A stretch of DNA of 64,000 bases from Eledone cirrhosa (GCA_964016885.1 OZ024764.1:10044001-10108000); one strand, 5' to 3'. Shown: positions 14,228 to 29,884, counted from the stretch's first letter. A program made the numbers and translations. Notes: a model not told the origin generated them from the sequence alone.

Positions 14228-16794
14228 GAATGTTCGTGCTCAGACCGCCTATGTGTATGCGTGTAGTGTATGTAGAGAGAGAGAGAGAGAGAGAGAGAGG
14301 GGGATAGAGAGATCTGGATATGAAGGGATAATGAAACTCCGGGAGAAAGAGGAGAGGAAGAGAAGATAGGAGAGAGAGCGTCTGTATATGAAGGGATAAA
14401 GAGAGAGACTATTGGAGAGAAAGAGATCTAGCGTCCATATATGGAGAGAGAGAGAGAGAGAGAGAGAGATCCAGCGTCCATCTATTAAGGGAGAGAGAGA
14501 GAGGGAGAGAGAGGAAGAGATAGAGAGAGAGAGAGGGAGAGAGAGAGAAGAGAAAAGAGAAAGAATGACAGAGAGAGAGAAGAGAGACCTGGAGAGAGAG
14601 AGGGTGAGAGAGAGAGAGAGAGAGAGCGGGAGAGAGAGGGTGAGAGAGTGAGAGAGAGAGAGAGAGAGAGTGAGAGAAAAGAGAGAGAGTGAAACAATGA
14701 GAGATCCAGCGTCCATATATGAGAACATACTGAGAAAGAGCCCCTACAATCTCGTCTTTTCTCGCTCCTTCTCGTCCACCCCTACACCACCCCTACCAAC
14801 TAAATAGTGATTTAAGTTAGTTTAGGTTTATATAAATACAAATATATCGATCTATGTGAAACATGTTTAGGTAACTTATCGAACAACTTCGATAACATGT
14901 TTATGATTTTAGATTCAGTCAAATGATTGAAAGCAGACGATAAGTCAATGGCGACTTCATGGTTAAGTAGAGGTATGTGTGTGATAGTGTGATAGTGTGT
15001 ATGTGAGTGTGTGTGTGAGAGAGAGAGAGTGAGTGTGTGTGTGACACTGTGAGTGTGATAGTGTGTGTGTGTGATAGTGTGTATGTGAGAGAGAGAGTGA
15101 GTGTGTGTGTGACACTGTGAGTGTGATAGTGTGTGTGAGAGAGAGAGAATGAGAGTGTGTGTGTGTGTATGATACTGCGTGTGTGTGTGATAGTGTGATA
15201 GTGTGTGTGAGAAAGAGTGAGTGTGTGTGACACTGTGACTGTGATAGTGTGTGTGAGAGAGAGAGAATGAGAGTGTGTGTGTGTGTGTGATACTGTGTGT
15301 GTGTGTGATAGTGTGATAGTGTGTGTGAGAGAGAGTGAGTGTGTGTGACACTGTGACTGTGATAGTGTGTGTGAGAGAGAGAGAATGAGAGTGTGTGTGT
15401 GTGTGTGATACTGTGTGTGTGTGTGATAGTGTGATAGTGTGTGTGAGAGAGAGTGAGTGTGTGTGTGACACTGTGAGTGTGATAGTGTGTGTGAGAGAGA
15501 GAGAATGAGAGTGTGTATGTATGTGTGTGATACTGTGTGTGTGTGTGATAGTGAGTGTATGTGTGATAGTGAGTATGTGTGTGTGTGATATTGTGTGTGT
15601 GTGTGATAGTGAATGTATGTGTGTGTGTGAGTGTGGTTGTATGTGTGTGATAGTGAATGTATGTGTATATATATATACATACTTCAGTGAAAATAGAAGG
15701 CAGGACTCCAATATTTTCCTTTTATGTTGCACTATTACATAATATCATACGCATTTCTATGGTCGGCTTTCGTCAGCTGACAAGGATGCGGGACATCGGC
15801 GACGTCATCAGATGTAATGACCAGAAAAGATTGAAAGTACTTAGTTCAATAATCTCTACTGATCACAGCAAAATAATTTGCCGAGTTATGTCGGGGGGCG
15901 GGGGGTAACTATAGTTAAAAAAGAAAGAATGAAGGAAAGAAAGAGAAAAGGAAAGAATGAAAGAAGGAAAGAAAGAAGGAAAGACGGGAAGAAAGGAAGA
16001 AAGAAAAAAAAGAGAAGGAAAGAAAGAAGGAAAAAAGGAGAGAGAGACGGAAAGAAGGAAAGAAAGAAAAAAGAGAGAAGGAAAGAAAGAAAGAAAAGAA
16101 AGAAAGAGAGAGAGAGAGAAAGAAAGAAGGAAAGAAAAAAGAAAGAAAGAGAAAAAAAGAGAGAAGGAAGGAAGGAAAGCAGGAAAGAAAGAAAAAAAGA
16201 GAAAGAAAGAAACAAGGAAAGAACAAAAGAATGGAAGAACGAAAAAAAGAAAGAAGGAAAGAAAGAAAGGAAAGAAAGCAGTAAAGAAGGAAAGAGAGAG
16301 AGAAAGGCATTAGTGATCAAAAGATGCCACAAAGTGCATTTAATGCATTAGTGTTGCAATTATAGATGTGTAGGAGTGGTGTGGTGGGGAGAGGGTCTGG
16401 CGAGAGAGGGGGTGGTGGGGAGGGGGTGACGTAGGGTGGAGGTATAGAGGGTGGTGTGGGGGGTCTGGTAAGAGAGGGTGGGGTGGGGGGTGAGGGGTGG
16501 AGATGTAGAGGGTGGTGGTGGTGGTGGTGTGGAGTCTGGTGAGAGAGGGCGGTGGGGGGAAGGGGGAGGGGTGGCGTAGGGTGGTGGTGGTGGAGTCTGG
16601 TGAGATAGGGTGGTGATGAGAAGGGGGAGGGGTGATGTAGGGTGGTGGTGGTGCTGGTGTAGAGGGTGGTGGTGGTGAGGGCGGGGGGTGATGTAGGGGG
16701 AGGGTGATGGTGTAGGGGTGGTAGGGTGATGGTGTAGTCAGGGCAGGAGATCTGTCAAAACCATATGGACATATCTTGCAGCAACATAAATGGA

Positions 16795-17157
16795 TCTTCT
16801 TTTTCGCCTTCTTTTTTATCTTCTTCTTCTTTGCCTTCTTCTTCTTCTTCTTCTTCTTCTTCTTTGCCTTCTTCTTCTTCTTCTTCTTCTTCTTCTTTGC
16901 CTTCTTCTTCTTCTTCTTCTTCTTCTTTGCCTTCTTCTTCTTCTTCTTCTTCTTCTTCTTCTTCTTTGCCTTTTTCTTCTTCTTCTTTGCCTTCTCCTTC
17001 TCCTTCTTCTTCTTCTTTGCCTTCTCCTTCTTCTTCTTCTTCTTTGCCTTTTTCTTCTTCTTCTTCTTCTTCTTCTTTGCCTTCTCCTTCTTCTTCTTCT
17101 TCTTCTTCTTCTTCTTCTTCTTCTTCTTCTTCTTCTTCTTCTTCTTCTTCTTCTTCA
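16795..17157. repeat. (CTT)n tract with periodic TTTGC interruptions
   Basis: Direct reading. Other long purine or pyrimidine tracts at 15920-16300 and 42620-43850. Confidence 0.95.
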
Positions 17158-17293
17158 TTAAGTCTACCTGTAGTTGTAGTAGTTGTAATTAAGGCACCAG
17201 ACTGTGATATGGAACCCAGAAGTCAGCGATTGCAAAGTGAACTTCTTAACTATTCGGCCATTTTGAAGTTATAATGAAGATACACACATATAC

Positions 17294-17318
<25 letters not shown>

Positions 17319-17329
<11 letters not shown>

Positions 17330-17534
17330 GAATAGCTTTCACCGTATTTTTGACTAAAGGAATTTTAGCCTGATAATGGGGTTTAGAACCCTCAGATAAA
17401 TGGAAAAAGATGAGTATTGACGTACATGTACGTCAATACTCATCTTTTTCCATTTATCTGAGGGTTCTAAACCCCATTATCAGGCTAAAATTCCTTTAGT
17501 CAAAAATACGGAGAAAGCTATTCTATTTTCTAAT
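17319..17534. repeat. 216-bp spacerless palindrome
   Basis: 108-bp arms centred on GTACA|TGTAC (17426/17427). One mismatch seen. Confidence 0.9.
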
Positions 17535-17562
17535 TTCAAACCTGCTCACTGTTTCTTACTTG

Positions 17563-17687
<125 letters not shown>

Positions 17688-17696
17688 TTTTCTATT

Positions 17697-18338
17697 CTAA
17701 GGCGGGTAAAATTCCCGAGATCCATGGACGAGTTCTCTCCAGCGGTCTCTGTCCCTCATTATCGCTGCCATGTCCTGCGTCTCCAATAGACCAGTGTCTG
17801 TCCTTAGGGCATCAACATACGTTAACCTTGGTCTTCCTCTTCTAGTGTGTCCATGTAGCGGCTCCCAAAGGAGCACTGAGTGCAATGTCAACTCTGGATG
17901 TCGGTGAGCATGTCCAGCTAACCTCAGTCTCCTCTGTGTCACTTTTGAGCTGACTTTTGGAATGCTCCCATACAGCTCTGAGTTTTTCATCTTCAGTGTA
18001 TACTGATTAATGTTCAGAGCCATCCTCAGCATTCTGGTAGAGAATGTTGAGAAGCCAGAGGGGATCACTAATGTAAGCGGGAAGCCGCTAGAATTGGTTG
18101 AGGGCTTCCTGTATTTGGGAGCAAAGATTGGGAATACGGAAGATGATGTGGTTGAGAGGCAGAGCAAGGCCTGGGCGGCGTGCCACAGCTTGAGATCCGT
18201 GTGGAAGTCGGACCTTCGTAGAGACCTGAAAATCCGCCTCTTCGTTGCTGTAGTGGAGTCTGTGCTGCTGTACGGGTCTGAGACTTGGACATTGACCAAG
18301 AAACTCACTCAGATGGTGGATGGGTGCTACACGAGAAT
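17697..18338. mobile_element. Short copy of the same RTE-like LINE with a 5' inversion
   Basis: 17697-18035 is the element 3' end on the minus strand. 18035-18338 is the adjoining upstream segment on the plus strand. Confidence 0.9.
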
Positions 18339-18488
18339 ATACACATATATATATACATAAATACATACAAAACATACACATACATACATACAGATACAGT
18401 TTACCAATGGGTACTGTTGTAATATATATACAGATAGATAAATATATATATATTTATCTCCCCCCCCTCTCTCTCTCTCTCTCTCTCT

Positions 18489-18576
<88 letters not shown>

Positions 18577-18698
18577 TAGATAGATAAATCAGTTATAAAC
18601 ATTTATATTTGTCGGACTTCCAACAAATTAAATACCCCTTCTACTTATATATATATATACATATAAATACTTATATATATATACATATATGTATATAG

Positions 18699-18771
<73 letters not shown>

Positions 18772-18789
18772 GGGGAGAAGCAGTTTGCC

Positions 18790-19232
18790 TTGCCAGACAT
18801 AACCAATAGATATAGTAATAATTGTTTCTACATGAAGTACACAAACACACATACACACACACATATATATATATATATATACATACACGACTTACCAGAC
18901 ATAACTAAGCGATATTGTAATAATGAAGTATACACACTCATACACTAACACACACATACACAGCCACACAGCCAGACACACACACACAGTATACCAGACA
19001 TAACTAAGCGATATTGTAATAATGAAGTATACACACTCATACACTAACACACACATACACAGCCACACAGCCAGACACACACACACAGTATACCAGACAT
19101 AACTAAGCGATATTGTAATAATGAAGTATACAAACTCATACACTAACACACGCATACACAGCCATACACACACACACACACACACACACAGTATACCAGA
19201 CATAACTAAGCGATATTGTAATAATGAAGTAA
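18790..19232. repeat. About 99-bp tandem repeat with a 38-nt unique core and (CA)n
   Basis: TACCAGACATAACTAAGCGATATTGTAATAATGAAGTA at 18893, 18992, 19091 and 19194; diverged copy near 18792. Confidence 0.9.
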
Positions 19233-19628
19233 AGACGTATTTTTTAGTATATTTTTTCTAAAATTCTGATTAATTTGAAATTATATCATTGCTGTTGTTG
19301 AGAATTAAAAAAACCTTTTTATCTTCTGTTTTCATTGAATTTAACAACGACAGCTGCCATTTTGTGAAGGGTGTGTATGTAGATGTGTGTGTCTTTCTCT
19401 TACTGTGTGTGTATGTATGTGTGTGTGTGAGAGAGTATATGGGTGTGTGTATTTGTGTGTGTGTGTGAGAGAGAGATTATATGGGTGTGTGTATTTGTGT
19501 ATGTGTGTGAGTGAGAGAGAGAGAGAGAGAGAGGAAGAGAGAGTGTGTGTGTGTATGTGTGTGAGAGAGAGAGGAGAGAGGGAGTGTATGTGTGTGTGAG
19601 AGAGAGAGGGAGGGGGGATAAAGGGAGA

Positions 19629-19675
<47 letters not shown>

Positions 19676-20710
19676 TGTGTGTGTGTGTGTGTGTGTTTAG
19701 GGTAGAGCGCGGGGGTAACAAAAAAAAATTTAAAAAAAGAAACGAACCGAATGAAAATTTTAAATATTTTAAGTCAAGTGAAATTTTACAAATATTTATA
19801 ATAATTAAGACAGCAGCAGCAGCAACAGCAACAGCAACAACAAATATAGCAACAACAACAACAACAGCAGTAACGAAAACAACCACAAAAATAGCAACAA
19901 CAACAACAGTAACAACAGCAGTAACGAAAACAACCACAAAAATAGCAACAACAACAACAACAACGACGAAAACAACCACAGCAACAAAAGCAACACCACC
20001 ACCACCACTACTACTACTAACAACAACAGCAACAACTACACCACCACCACCACCACTACTACTATTACTAACAACAACACCAGCAGCAGCAACAACAGCA
20101 ACAACTACAACAACACCTACTACAACATAAGCCACAAACACAGCACCAGCACAACTACCAACGCCACCTTCACTACCAACAACAACGACACCACTACACT
20201 ACCAACAACACCAACAGCAACAGACAGCAGAAGGCACAAACGCCACACCACCAGCACCACCAGCACCACCACCACCACTACTACTACAACAGCAACAGCA
20301 GTGGCCACAAACACAACAGCAGCACCACTACCCCTTCTACCAACACAACCACTACCATCACTACCAACAACGACATCACTAACAAAAGCAAGAGTACCAA
20401 AGAAACAACAGCATCGCCAATACAGCCTGAAAGAACTTTCTAGACGTAAAGTTTATTTTATGTCACATACTATAAATATTCTATATACTGTCACAATACC
20501 CAGTACTAAGAAAGCCACCAAGTGTCTCCTGTAAGCTTTTTAACACACAATAAAACACAAGAAATGCAGATGGTTGATTCGATGGTTGATACTATTTTTA
20601 CAATATGTCCCATCAAAGACTAAAAAAAGAAGACATTTTTTTTTCTTCTAAGCTTGCTGAATAAATAAATATGAGACAAACACAAACACCACCAAACACA
20701 CAGGTATATG

Positions 20711-20749
<39 letters not shown>

Positions 20750-20754
20750 AGATT

Positions 20755-20821
<67 letters not shown>

Positions 20822-20889
20822 TTATTTAAAAACAACAGAAGGCCGGACTGGTAGCATTCTTTAAAGTTTTAATTCTGCGAAAACACTAT

Positions 20890-20973
<84 letters not shown>

Positions 20974-21039
20974 ACACATAATGAAACGAAGCTCTTGAAT
21001 AGAACTGACACAGCATATATACATATATATATATATATG

Positions 21040-21302
<263 letters not shown>

Positions 21303-21554
21303 CAAAGGAAATGTGGTAAGGAAGCAGATGGACCATAACGCACCAGAGTACTCAATACTTAGAGTAGTGGAGTGGGAAATAGGAAAAAGTATGACCCCGA
21401 CGTCAGAGCTCAAGCCGTTTCGACGGCTATTTCTGAGTCTCGAAATAGCCGTCGAAACGGCTTGAGCCCTGCCGTCGGGGTCATACTTTTTCCTATATAT
21501 ATATATATATATATAGAAATATATGTCAGTCCTGTTCGATAGCTTCGTTTCATT

Positions 21555-21615
<61 letters not shown>

Positions 21616-21720
21616 GTGGGTTATATATAAACAAATATGTTGCTTGGGATACACCAACGCATTATATATTTACACACACACACACACACACACCACACAC
21701 ACACACAAACACACACACAG

Positions 21721-21787
<67 letters not shown>

Positions 21788-21879
21788 GAGACAGACATAC
21801 AGACAGATAGACAAACAGAGATAGTAAGAGAGAGAGAGAGTGAGAGAAAGAAAGATAGGAGCAAGAGAGAGATAGAGAG

Positions 21880-22066
21880 ATGGAGAGAAAGAGGATGTCT
21901 TTACGAAGGTCAAACAACTACAACGCATTTTCTCGCTTTAGCAATGCAGCTGCATCGACGAGCCGATACATTATTTATTTAAGAGACCGCACACAACACG
22001 ACGGTGTGTTGAGAGGAGGAAAAAGTAAAGGAAGTGTTTTTGTTCTTGATTTGCGTTACACGGGAG
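21880..22066 (+). CDS. Candidate first coding exon of DAT
   Basis: Unique-sequence island. Open frame from ATG 21880 or 21895 (MSLRRSNNYNAFSRF...LRYTG) ends at a consensus GAG|gtgagt donor in phase 1, matching the phase-1 acceptor at 26692. No homology support. Confidence 0.45.
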
Positions 22067-22346
22067 GTGAGTGGAAGGGTGGATGGGACCACACGGGGGA
22101 AGGGAATGAGGGTTCGGTCCTAGACCAAAAATAAAGAAATAGCTAAGGTAGGGGAGGGGTGTAGTGAGCATAGAAAGATACGGACGTTTCAACAGCGTTA
22201 TAAACAACACAGTTCGCGTATATATACATGTGTGTCTGTGTGTGTGTGTGTGTGTGCATGTGCGTGTGTGTGTGTGTATGAGTGCGTGTATTTCGTGTGT
22301 AAACGTATATTTTAGTCATGAGTTTATTTGTGTATATATATATATA

Positions 22347-22389
<43 letters not shown>

Positions 22390-22470
22390 ATATATATGCG
22401 TATATATATATATATGCATATATCTGCATATATATATATGCATGTAAATATATATATATATGCATATATA

Positions 22471-22542
<72 letters not shown>

Positions 22543-22661
22543 TGCATATATATATAGTTCAAAAATAGATATAACAAACACAGAGATACGAAAATATATA
22601 TATATATATATATACATATATACATATATATACATATATATACATATATATACATATATAC

Positions 22662-22692
<31 letters not shown>

Positions 22693-22699
22693 CATATAC

Positions 22700-22828
<129 letters not shown>

Positions 22829-22943
22829 GTCCATATTGCATTCCTGTTATCCTATTGTAGAAGATAAATTGTCCATTCAACAAACGCAGGTGATATACAT
22901 GGCTTAGAGAACTTCACGTCCCATGTGAGAAGAATGTTTGTAC

Positions 22944-23024
<81 letters not shown>

Positions 23025-23140
23025 CCATTATATATATATATATATATATATATACGTATGTATTTATGTGTGCATAACTATACACGTTAAGCATTCAAAC
23101 ACGTATAAACATAGATATATACATATGTATATATTATACA

Positions 23141-23203
<63 letters not shown>

Positions 23204-23308
23204 GTATGTATATACATATATACATACATTTATATATATATATATATATACATACAAATATCTGCTGCCTAAGTGCAAATACAACTCCTATATATTACGT
23301 GTAAATAC

Positions 23309-23365
<57 letters not shown>

Positions 23366-23420
23366 TATATACTATATATATATATATATACTGTTGGCTT
23401 CTTGCTCACATTAATTTCTG

Positions 23421-23477
<57 letters not shown>

Positions 23478-23547
23478 ACGTGTGTGTATATATGTATATG
23501 TATATACATATATATATCTATGTGTGTGTGTGTGTGTGTGTGCGTGC

Positions 23548-23583
<36 letters not shown>

Positions 23584-24029
23584 GCACGCACACACACACA
23601 TAGATATATATATATATGTATATACATATACATATATACACACACGTACATATATATATATATATATACACACGCACGCACACACACACATAGATATATA
23701 TATGTATATACATATACATATATACACACACGTACATACCATCATCATCACCATCACAATTTCTACTTAATTAAGATTTTAATCAAAATTACAAAAAAGC
23801 AAAACGAGAGAACCCCCCCCCTCAAGTCAATACCGTCACCAATGACAACAGTAACAACAACAGCAGTAGCAACAACAACTACAGCAGTACCACTACTACC
23901 ACCACAACTACTACTACTACTACTACCACTACTACCACTACTACTACTTCTACTACTACTACAATAGAAGCAACAAAATGTGTCTCTATATTTGACATAG
24001 AAGGGCATCAATTTCTGACAAAGGTTAAA

Positions 24030-25490
24030 GAAGATTTGTGGCATAGAGTTATGGCCCTTTACGTTCTCAGCTCAAATCGATTAAACCGACCGCAGTGTAT
24101 TACTGGTACTTTATTTTATCGACCCCGTAAGGATGAAAGGCGAAACTAACCTCGGCTGGATTTGAACTCAGAACGTAAAGGGCCGTAACCCTATGCTGCA
24201 GACTGTGAAGGGACGTAACTCTATGCCAAATCACACTAAACAGTTATCCGACGTAAAATTAGTTTCTACACAGCCATCAATTTGTGGCAAAGGGGAAAGA
24301 CCATTAAACCAACCCTCCAGCGTATTACTGGTACTAAATGTTGGCAAACACGTTAGTGGGTGAAAGCCAAAGTTAACCCCGACGGGATTCGAACTCAGAC
24401 CGTAAAGGGACGTAACTCTATGCCAAATAACACTAAACAGTTATCCGACGTAAAATCGTAAGATTGTTTCTACGAAGCCATCAATTTCTGGGAAAGGGGA
24501 AAGACTATTAAACCAAGCCCCCCCTCTCCGTGTATTACTGGTACTTTATTTTATCGACCTCGTCAGGAGATGAAAGACAAAGGTAAGCTCGGCGAGATTT
24601 GAAATCAGAACGTAAAGGGGCGTAACTCTATGCCAAACAGTTACCTATGCTAAACAGTTATCCGACATAAAAATTGTTTCTACATTTGACACAAGGCTAA
24701 CAATTTGTGGCAAAGGGGAAATACTATTAAAATGACCCCAGTGCGTTGCTGGTACTTTATTTTGGCGAACCCGTTACTGAGTGAAAGGCTAATATGTGAC
24801 AGCTAGATATTAACCCGTGTATTACTGTAGGTATGACTCAATGTGTCGTGTAATCATCGTATAATGCGTTGCTGGTACTTTATTTTGGCGAACCCGTTAC
24901 TGAGTGAAAGGCTAATATGTGACAGCTAGATATTAACCCGTGTAGTACTGTAGGTATGACTCATGTGTTGTGTAATCATCGTATAATAGTTGAAGAATTA
25001 ATTTGGAGATTACCTCTTGCATCCTAACTATTGATTTGGCAGTATCGGTTGAGGGTCGGAAACCATGCTTTGCAGTATAGAGTTACGTCCCTTTACGGTT
25101 GGAGATTACCTCTTGCATCCTAACTATTGATTTGGCAGTATCGGTTGAGGGTCGGAAACCATGCTTTGCAGTATAGAGTTACGTCCCTTTGCGGTCTGAG
25201 TTCAAATCCCGCCGAGGTTAACTTTGCCTTTCATCTTTACGGGGTCGATAAAATAAAGTACCAGTAATACACTGGGATAATTGCTGGTCTTGTGCCAAAA
25301 GTAGAAACAATTATTATTATTATTAGCAGAATCGGTAGAAGGTCAGACGCCAATCTTTGCAGTATAGAGTTATGGCCCTTTACGGTCTGAGTTCAAATCC
25401 CGCCGAGGTTAACTTTGCCTTTCATCCTTACGTACCAGTAATACACTGGGATAATTGCTGGCCTTGTACCAAAAAGTATAAACAATTATA
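24030..25490. mobile_element. Cluster of SINE A copies (minus, then plus) with local tandem duplications
   Basis: Core on minus at 24030-24790 and on plus at 25036-25490. Confidence 0.8.
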
Positions 25491-25580
25491 TTTTTGTGTC
25501 ATCTCAAATGACACAAAAATATAATTTAGCTGGTACTAATATTGTGTGTATGTGTGTATGCGTGTGTGTGTGTGTGAGTG

Positions 25581-25632
<52 letters not shown>

Positions 25633-25794
25633 CGTGCGTGGGTGTGTGTGTGTGTTTGTATGTATGTGTGTGTGTGTGTGTTCATGTATGTGTGTGTGTG
25701 TGTGTGTGTGAGTGAGTGTGTGTGTGTGTGTGTGTGTGTGCGTGCGTGTGTGTGTGTGTGTGTGTTTGTATGTATGTGTGTGTGTGTTCATGTA

Positions 25795-25827
<33 letters not shown>

Positions 25828-26039
25828 TCATGTATGTATGTGTGTATCTATCGTATCATCTATATATTATTCAGTTGAAAGTTAGCTGATCATATAATCC
25901 GCCGACTTTTTGTAAACAGACGTAAAGCACTCTACGAGTTTTCCTTGGGATTTTCTCGGTAAGGTATCAACTGGGGTTTCAATATTATGAAGAAGTGAGA
26001 CGGTTTTATTTATACATTTTTTTTTTTTTTTACATAATT

Positions 26040-26108
26040 CTGTTATACGTATTTCGAAGAAGTCCGAGTGGTTACATAATAACATTTGGACATGTTTTCA
26101 TCAGACAG
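26040..26108 (-). ncRNA. Minimal hammerhead motif
   Basis: CTGT-CTGATGA-stem II-GAAA-TACGTA-TA-ACAG, with palindromic stem III. Confidence 0.65.
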
Positions 26109-26370
26109 TTTGAGATGTGTAGTGTTTTAGTGTCTGATATATGCAACTGATTTATCGTAGTGTTTATATACCTATATGTATATGTATATATATACAATAA
26201 CAGAGATAGCTTAAAGCTAAACTCTGACTGGTAACCATCTCACTCAACAAACATTAGGTTATATTTAAATATAAACCCAATTTAAGTGTTTGGTGTGCTA
26301 ACAATATGTATAATGTGGAAAAACCAGTTGTATTATTTTATGAGATATAATTAAAGTTAAAGTTATATAC

Positions 26371-26455
<85 letters not shown>

Positions 26456-26541
26456 CATGTATATAACAGAAATAACAACACAATCGGTACAGTAAATGGA
26501 AGGAATATATTAGGTTAACGCTTGGAATAGCAGGAAGAGGG

Positions 26542-26577
26542 TCTTAACGTTTCGGACGCTATTCCTTCGTCAGAAGA
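26542..26577 (-). ncRNA. Minimal hammerhead motif
   Basis: TCTT-CTGACGA-AGGAATAGCGTCC-GAAA-CG-TT-AAGA. Relatives at 58237-58272 and, degenerate, 57312-57346. Confidence 0.6.
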
Positions 26578-26691
26578 AAGAATGAGAAATAAGATAGATT
26601 GAGGGGGACTGGTGGGTTGGAATTGGAAAAAAAATGTCTTTAGATAAAAATAACAGGCTCATTCATGTTGACATCTATTGCACCCCACCAG

Positions 26692-26874
26692 GTAAAGCGT
26701 TGGACAACAAAAATGGACCCCGACAAACCAACAAGAATGTGGTAGAATACGAAGAAGAGGATGACCGTGAGACTTGGGGCAAAAAGATTGACTTCCTGCT
26801 GTCTGTGATTGGTTTTGCGGTTGATCTGGCCAATGTCTGGAGGTTCCCCTACCTGTGTTACAAAAATGGAGGGG
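26692..26874 (+). CDS. DAT: Dopamine transporter (SLC6) coding exon: N-terminus and TM1
   Basis: ccaccag|GT acceptor and G|gtgagt donor, phase 1-1. Encodes GKALDNKNG...[37 protein letters not shown], with the monoamine transporter TM1 Asp in a DAT/NET-type GFAVDLAN motif. Confidence 0.96.
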
Positions 26875-26914
26875 GTGAGTATCGAACTGTCTGTATTATT
26901 GCTGTTGTTGGGGG

Positions 26915-27120
26915 GCGGGTGGATTGGCAGTATCGGTAGGGGGTCGGACGCCATGCTTTGCAGCATAGAGTTACGGCCCTTTATGATCTGAGTTCAAATC
27001 CCGCCGAGGTTAACTTTACCTTTCATCCTTATGGGGTCGATAAAATAAAATACCAGTCACGCACTGGGGTCGATTTAATCCCCCCCACAAAAAAAAATTG
27101 CTGGCCTTGTGCCTATATAA
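26915..27120 (+). mobile_element. SINE A
   Basis: GGCAGTATCGGTAG head, GAGTTCAAATCCC B box and core. Confidence 0.8.
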
Positions 27121-27284
27121 AAAAAATATTATTGATGTTGTTGTTGTTGTATTTTTATGGCTTTTTAAAAACACTTTTGCTAATTATACATCCATATATA
27201 TATATATACATATATATGCATATATATATCCATAGACACACATATATATACATACATATATGTGTGTGTGTGTGTGTGTATGGA

Positions 27285-27338
<54 letters not shown>

Positions 27339-27485
27339 TACGTATGTATATATGTATATATATATATATATATCGATATATATATATATATATATATACT
27401 AATACATACATATAAACATATATAGTGTAAAACACTTTTGCTAATTATACATCCATATATATATATCCACATATATATACATATA

Positions 27486-27554
<69 letters not shown>

Positions 27555-27604
27555 ATAGACACACATATATATACATACATATATATATGTATGTGTGTGT
27601 ATGG

Positions 27605-27640
<36 letters not shown>

Positions 27641-27673
27641 CCATACACACACACATACATATATATATGTATG

Positions 27674-27793
<120 letters not shown>

Positions 27794-28021
27794 CATACAT
27801 ACATACATATATATACATATACATCCATAGACACACATATATATACATATGTGTGTATGTATGGATGTATATGTAAACACATACTTATTACATATATGTG
27901 TATATATATATATATATATACGTCCATACACACACATATATATGTATGTATATATATATATATAACAAAGAAAGTGTGGTAAGGTACCAGGTGGACCATA
28001 TATATGTATATACGTGTATAC

Positions 28022-28057
<36 letters not shown>

Positions 28058-28095
28058 TTATACACACACACATATATATATACGCAGCCTATAGG

Positions 28096-28132
<37 letters not shown>

Positions 28133-29603
28133 ACCTATAGGCTGCGTTTTCTCTACGTGTCACTGCACACAAGATGGCCGCCAAAGGCCGTTTGTTTTTC
28201 TGGTTCTTGTTGCATCATCATCACCACCGTCACCACTACTACACTTAACACAAGCACAATCATCACCACCATCACCACCATCATCACCACCACAATCATC
28301 ATCATCATCACCACCACCACTACACTTAACACAATCCCCACCACCATCATCACCGTCACCACCACCATCATCTTCCACCACCACCACCACCATCATCACC
28401 ACCATCACCCCAATCACCACCACCACCCCACCACCATCATCACCGTCGCCACCACCATCTCCCCCCCACCATCATCTTCTACCACCATAACCCCCCACCA
28501 CCATCATCACCGTCACCACCACCATCATCTTCTACCACCACCACCACCACCACCACCACCACGAGCACCACCACCAACACCATCGTCACCAGCATCCTCA
28601 TCACCACCACCACCACCAATATACTTAACAAAACCACCACCACCATCGCCATCACCATCACCACCACCACCATCGTCACCAGCATCATCATCACCAACTT
28701 CATCATCAGTTCCACCACCACCATTGCCATCACCATCACCTCCACCACCACCACCACCACCACCACCACCAGTGTCGTCGTCGTTGTTGTTGTTGTTGTT
28801 GTTGTTGTTGTAGTGATATTTATTTATTCTCCAGTGAAGTGTAGAAAGAAAGATCCGTGCGGTTTTCGACCATTAGGGGACAGTATACAGCACAACACCG
28901 CCTCACACCCACTTCCGGTGGCTGTCGTGATCTTGCATATATGGTCGTAGACAAGACAAGGACGAGAGGGTGGTGGTGTAGTGGCGTTGGTGGTGATGGT
29001 GGTGTGTAGTGGTGTGTTGAGGTGATAGTGTGTAGTGGTGATGATAGTGGCGGTGATGTGTAGTGGTGGTGGTGGGGAGAGAGGGGGGGGAGGGGAGAGA
29101 GAGAGAGAGAGAGTGGTGGTGTTAATGAGAGTGGTGGTGGTGATGTGTGGTGTTGGTGGTGTGGAGAGAGAGAGAGTGGTGGTGGTGTGGAGAGAGAGAG
29201 TGTGGTGGTGGGGAAAGAGAGAGTGGTGGTGGTGGTGGTGGTGGGGATAGAGAGAGAGAGAGAGTGGTGGTGATGTGTAGTGGTGGTGTTGGTGGTGGGG
29301 AAAGAGAGAGTGGTGGTGGTGGTGGTGGTGTGTAGGAGTGGTGGTGGTGTGCAAGTTATGGGAAGGGAGAGTCTGTAACGCATGAGAGTAAAGAGGAAGG
29401 AGGCGGCGGGGGGTGCTGGTGGTTGAAAGTTGAAAGGAAGGTGTGTGGTCACCACCGCTAGCACCAACCCCACCACCACCACTTCGTCAATAAGATGTGG
29501 TGGTGGTGGCGGTGGGTTGATGACATATACAAAAATTCGCTTTGATCCATCGATCTGTGCTATTGATACTGTTAAATAGACTGTTTTATTGTATATATGT
29601 GTT

Positions 29604-29776
<173 letters not shown>

Positions 29777-29813
29777 ATATATAAGATCAAAAGATGGTTA
29801 AAGGAGTTCCATG

Positions 29814-29884
29814 TATTTTATTATGCGCATTTCAAAAACAAACATCATCATGCAATAATATTTGTGTTTTCATCAGATAAAACA
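29814..29884 (-). ncRNA. Hammerhead motif (left arm of fold-back)
   Basis: Reverse complement of 29997-30067. Confidence 0.7.

Noticed and set aside
22861-22939. Possible extra exon after cctattgtag
   Set aside because: Stops or phase mismatch with the DAT frame, and only weak donors.
26634-26691. ATG 26634 as the DAT start
   Set aside because: It lies in repeat-derived sequence similar to 58190-58390, and a usable acceptor exists at 26691. Not excluded, but disfavoured.
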